A DNA stretch of 64,000 bases. Source: an uncultured archaeon (GTDB lineage Archaea; Thermoproteota; Nitrososphaeria; Nitrososphaerales; Gagatemarchaeaceae). The notes below the pieces were generated by a model. It saw nothing but the letters and a program-made list of their open reading frames with translations. It was not told where the DNA came from and searched no databases. The position numbers were made by a program, and so were the translations under genes. The DNA is taken from assembly GCA_963799775.1 (NCBI GenBank), contig CAWCYD010000003.1, forward strand, positions 1,760,001-1,824,000. Reading direction: 5' to 3'. Shown piece after piece: positions 60,389-64,000 of this stretch; within the stretch, counting starts at the first letter, position 1, and each line of letters starts with the position of its first letter.

Positions 60389-61737
60389 TCACTTCTCCGC
60401 GTCCACTTTGGCTATCGCGCTCTCCATCACGTCAAGACCCTCTTCGAGCTCGTCTTCCGCGACGTTGAGCGGCGGGATCACCCTGAGGGTGTTCACTCCT
60501 GCCATGATCAGAATCAGCCCATCCTCGAAGCAGGCTTTCGTGATCGCCTGCGCCTCCTTCACCCCGCGCTCCTTCCCTTTCTTGCTCTTGACTATCTCCA
60601 GGCCGATGAACAGCCCCCTGCCTCTCACATCCCCGACTATCTCGTGCTCCTCCTTCATCTCCTCGAGCCTCCTCATTGCGATCCTCCCCATCTTCGTCGC
60701 GTTCTCCATCAATCTCTCCGAGTTAATTACCTCCAATGTCGCGAGCGCGGCCTCCACGGCGACGGGGTTGGCTCCGAACGTGGAGGCGTGCTGCCCCGCC
60801 ACCCACGAGCGCATGACGTCCGCCTCAGCTATCATCCCTCCCAGGGGCAGCCCAGAGGCCAGCCCTTTGGCGACCGTGATGATGTCTGGCGTCAGGTGGA
60901 AGTGCTCTACGGCGAAGAACTTGCCTGACCTCCCGATCCCCGTCTGCACCTCGTCCGCGACGAAGATGCACCCTCCTTCCGCATGAAGCCCATCTTCTTG
61001 AAGTACTCCGGAGGCGGGAGGACGTACCCGCCCTCCCCCTGGAAGGGCTCGAAGAAGTACGCCGCCACATCCCCAAGAGGGACGAACTTGTCGACGTATT
61101 GCTCCTTGAAGTAGTCGACGCAGTAGTAGTCGCACTCTGGGAAGGTCTGCTTCCACGGGCACCGGTAGCAGTAGGGGAACGGGAAGTGGACGACCTCCGG
61201 AAGGAGCGGAAATGCACCCTTCCTCTGGACTGGCTTGCTCGCCGTCAGGCTGAGGGCTCCCATGGTCCTCCCGTGGAACCCGCCCGAATGAGCCAAGAAC
61301 AGCGGCCTCTTCGTGTAGTTCCTCGCGAGCTTCATCGCGGCTTCGTTGGCCTCGGCCCCGCTGTTGCCCCAGTAGACCATCTTCTCGGAGCTACCGGGGA
61401 CGAGGGCGCAGAGCTTCTCCGCCAAGGTAACGAGGTTCTCGTAGTAAAAGTCGGTATAGGAGAAGTGAAGGAACTTGTCGAGCTGCTTCTTCGCGGCCGC
61501 GACCACCTTCGGGTGGGTCGAGCCTGTGCTCAGGACCGCTATCCCCGATGAGAAGTCGATGAACTTGTTCCCGTCCACGTCGGTGACAATCGAGCCGTGC
61601 GCAGACTCGACGACCAGCGGCGCGTCCCTCGCAATCGAAGGCGAGATCACCTTGGAGGTCCTGGCGATCACCGCTCTGGCCTTTGGGCCGGGGACTCCGC
61701 CCTTTACCATCCTCAGACTCTTCTTGCTAGATGGCAA
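60389..61737 (-). CDS. Class III aminotransferase (frameshift near 60980)
   Basis: DVDGNKFIDF, NSGAEANE, FHGRT, EPFQGEGG, DEVQTG, AKGL. Confidence 0.92.
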
Positions 61738-61788
61738 TCGACGACCTCTTCAAGCGAATACCTTCCCCCGGCTCTGAAGTTAGGGGGA

Positions 61789-62103
61789 CTAGGCGGGAGG
61801 AGCAGGCACGTGCGTCTTCTGCTTGGGCACGGACAGCTCGATCTCCAAGACAGGGAGGCTGAGCTGCCTTCCGTCCCTAGAGACCACGTTCTCTCCGTCT
61901 ATCCGGATGTGCGAGATCTCCACCTTGCTCATGAACCGCTTCTTGAGGAGCTGGACGACGTCGACCGCCTTGTTGATGGCCTCGCCCCTAGACCTGAGGA
62001 CCACGCACTCTGCCCCGCTGTTGAACATGGTTATGCAGGCTGTGATGTATGCAAGAGGCTCTTTGTACTGACCCACGATTACTGTTTTCGTCTCTCCGGA
62101 CAT
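61789..62103 (-). CDS. albA: Chromatin protein Alba
   Basis: SRGEAINKAVDV...VLEIEL. Confidence 0.85.
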   Translation of the reverse strand: MSGETKTVIVGQYKEPLAYITACITMFNSGAECVVLRSRGEAINKAVDVVQLLKKRFMSKVEISHIRIDGENVVSRDGRQLSLPVLEIELSVPKQKTHVPAPPA

Positions 62104-62230
62104 GCTCGGGGCATTCGCCTTCCGCCTTATAACAACTCTGGCGGGAGCCATCAGTGACGGGTCTCCTTTGCTGACGGAACGGCGAAACAGGGAATATAAG
62201 CGGAGGCTCAGGAGGGGAGGCCCGTGCAGA

Positions 62231-62393
62231 GGGGTCGTCGGCTAGGCCAATCCGAATCACTTCGGCTTGGGGCTAGTCTGGTCTAGGCTTCAATCACAAA
62301 TCGGAAGATGCCTCGGGAAGAGAGCAGATTTGCAGTGCGAATCTGTCTCGAGAACGCTTGAGACCCCCGGTTCAAATCCGGGCGACCCCACCA
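62231..62393 (+). tRNA. tRNA-Pro(CGG) with three BHB introns (15/16, 29/30, 37/38), CCA encoded
   Basis: Removing 62246-62276, 62294-62309 and 62318-62354 gives a cloverleaf with GGGGTCG/CGACCCC and CAAGC/GCTTG stems. Confidence 0.9.
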
Positions 62394-62481
62394 CGTCAAG
62401 GAATTCGAGCCTCGCATCCGGATGGCCCGGGCACGAACAAAGGCTATTACGACGCGCTCGAAGAACGGTGCTCACCTTATT

Positions 62482-63571
62482 TTGAGCCGCATCGTCGGTC
62501 ACCTCGACCTAGACTATTTCTTCGCCCAAGTCGAAGAGGTAGAGAACCCCTCGCTCAAGGCCCGGCCTGTCTTGGTGTGTGTCTTCTCGGGGAGGACGGA
62601 GGAGAGCGGCGTGATAAGCACAGCCAACTACAGGGCCAGAGAGCACGGCGTCAAGTCAGGGATGCCAATCGCCCTGGCGAAGCGCCGGCTCCAGGGAGTC
62701 GAGGCCACCTTCATCAGGATGGACCACGCAAAGTACGAGGCCTACTCCGCCCGGGTGATGGAGATCCTCCGCAGCGAGGTGGACAAGCTGGAGCAGACAG
62801 GGATAGACGAGGCCTTCTTCGACATCACCAAGAGGACTGGAGGCGACTACACAGCCGCATCTTCTCTCGCGAAAGAAATCAAGGCAAGGATACTCAGCGA
62901 GGAGAAGCTCACTTGCTCGATTGGGATATGACCCAACAAGGTGGTCGCGAAGATTGCCTCCGATTTCAAGAAGCCGGATGGTCTCACCATCGTCAAGGAT
63001 GCGGACGTCAGCAGCTTCCTCGCCACCATGACGGTGGACAGAATCTATGGGGTCGGACCTAAGACAGCGAAACTGCTCGAAGAGAAAGGCATCGCAACGA
63101 TACCCGACCTTGCTAAGACACCGATGCAATCTCTCGAGGATGCTCTCGGCAGGAAACTCGCAGTCTACCTGCACAACACCTCCAACGGGATCGACGACGA
63201 GCCGGTGAACCACAGCGGCGGGATCACGCAGCTGAGCAGGATAATCACCCTGAAGCGCGACACCCACGACGTAGGGGAGGTCATGGATGAGCTTCGCCCG
63301 GCGCTACGAGACGTCCATGAGAGATTGGTCTCGAAGAACCTTTTCTTCAAGAACCTCTCGGCACTTGGGATAAGCAAGAACCTCTCGCTCCACACAAGGA
63401 GCAAGACCCTCGAGACGCCCACGAACGACTACTCGCTCGTCGAGAAGGAGACCGAGCAGCTCTTCGCGACGCTCCTCCGAGAGGTCGGAGACCTTCGCCG
63501 GGCCGGCCTTCGAATCGGTGAACCTCCAGGACATGGTCGACCAGCACTCCCTGACGGAGTTCACCCGCTAG
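62482..63571 (+). CDS. dbh: Y-family DNA polymerase IV, in-frame TGA at 62929 and late frameshift
   Basis: HLDLDYFFAQVE, TANYRAR, GIDEAFFD, SIGI*PNKVVAKIASD..KPDG. Confidence 0.9.
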
Positions 63572-63587
63572 GTAGAGGTCTAGAGAG

Positions 63588-64000
63588 GTGTCCAAGACAA
63601 TCGCATCAAAGGACGACCTAGCCTCGCGATTCGCCCGCTACTCGAAGGACCAGGCCCAGTTCGCGAAGGCCGTAGACGCCGTGTTCGGAGGCTCGGTGAA
63701 GAAGCACGTCTTCACGCCGAGCGGCAGGGCCATCTTCTCTGTGGTCGGGAGCAACGCCGACGAGTTCATCGACCCTGACAAGTCGTTCTGCTCGTGCGAG
63801 TCCTACTTCTACAGCGTCCTGAGCGCCAAGACCAGGCAATGCTATCATCTCCTCGCCTACAAAATCGCCTCCGAGTCGGGCCTGATTCACGAGGTCGAGT
63901 TCGACGACGAAGAGTACGACCTCTTCATGAGGCTCCTCGCGTCAGATGTCCTGCACTCGCGAGAGATAGGGAAGACGCCCAAGAAGAGGCAAGACTTCAC
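63588..64000 (+). CDS. SWIM Zn-finger protein (runs off window end)
   Basis: Hand translation: FCSCESYF...CYHLLA. Confidence 0.8.
   Translation, partial: MSKTIASKDDLASRFARYSKDQAQFAKAVDAVFGGSVKKHVFTPSGRAIFSVVGSNADEFIDPDKSFCSCESYFYSVLSAKTRQCYHLLAYKIASESGLIHEVEFDDEEYDLFMRLLASDVLHSREIGKTPKKRQDF

Noticed and set aside
62929-62931. Selenocysteine or readthrough at the dpo4 TGA
   Set aside because: The position fits Gly of GPNK (GGA to TGA); error or nonsense change is simpler

Overview
Archaeal chromosomal segment, inferred from gene content (PolD, Topo IA, Elf1, Alba, GINS/PriS/PCNA, ThyX, multi-intron tRNAs) to come from a deep-branching Nitrososphaerota (Thaumarchaeota)-like TACK archaeon. Most of it is core housekeeping: L10e-dph2-csl4-rpoL-TFS, gins-priS-PCNA-L44e-S27e-aIF2a-nop10, aglB, gcvH/T, topA, XPD, tmk, glyA, both PolD subunits, a cdc6-linked origin with ORB boxes, thyX, RPA, alba and dpo4. 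About 14 genes carry frameshifts or stops that are probably read errors. Highlights: (1) a 916-aa solo Cas1 fusion (degenerate Hel308-like region, wHTH, two Cys clusters, then a full Cas1 fold with E/H/D catalytic residues) with no cas2, CRISPR array or casposon PolB; (2) nearby, three ~21-25 bp direct repeats each separated by exactly one surface-protein gene, and a similar integrase-less island bounded by a tRNA-Met 3'-end duplication; (3) a tRNA-Met with four BHB introns plus tRNA-Ser and tRNA-Pro with three each; (4) an HNH gene nested inside a candidate structured ncRNA. All protein calls are by eye from motifs; no searches were run.
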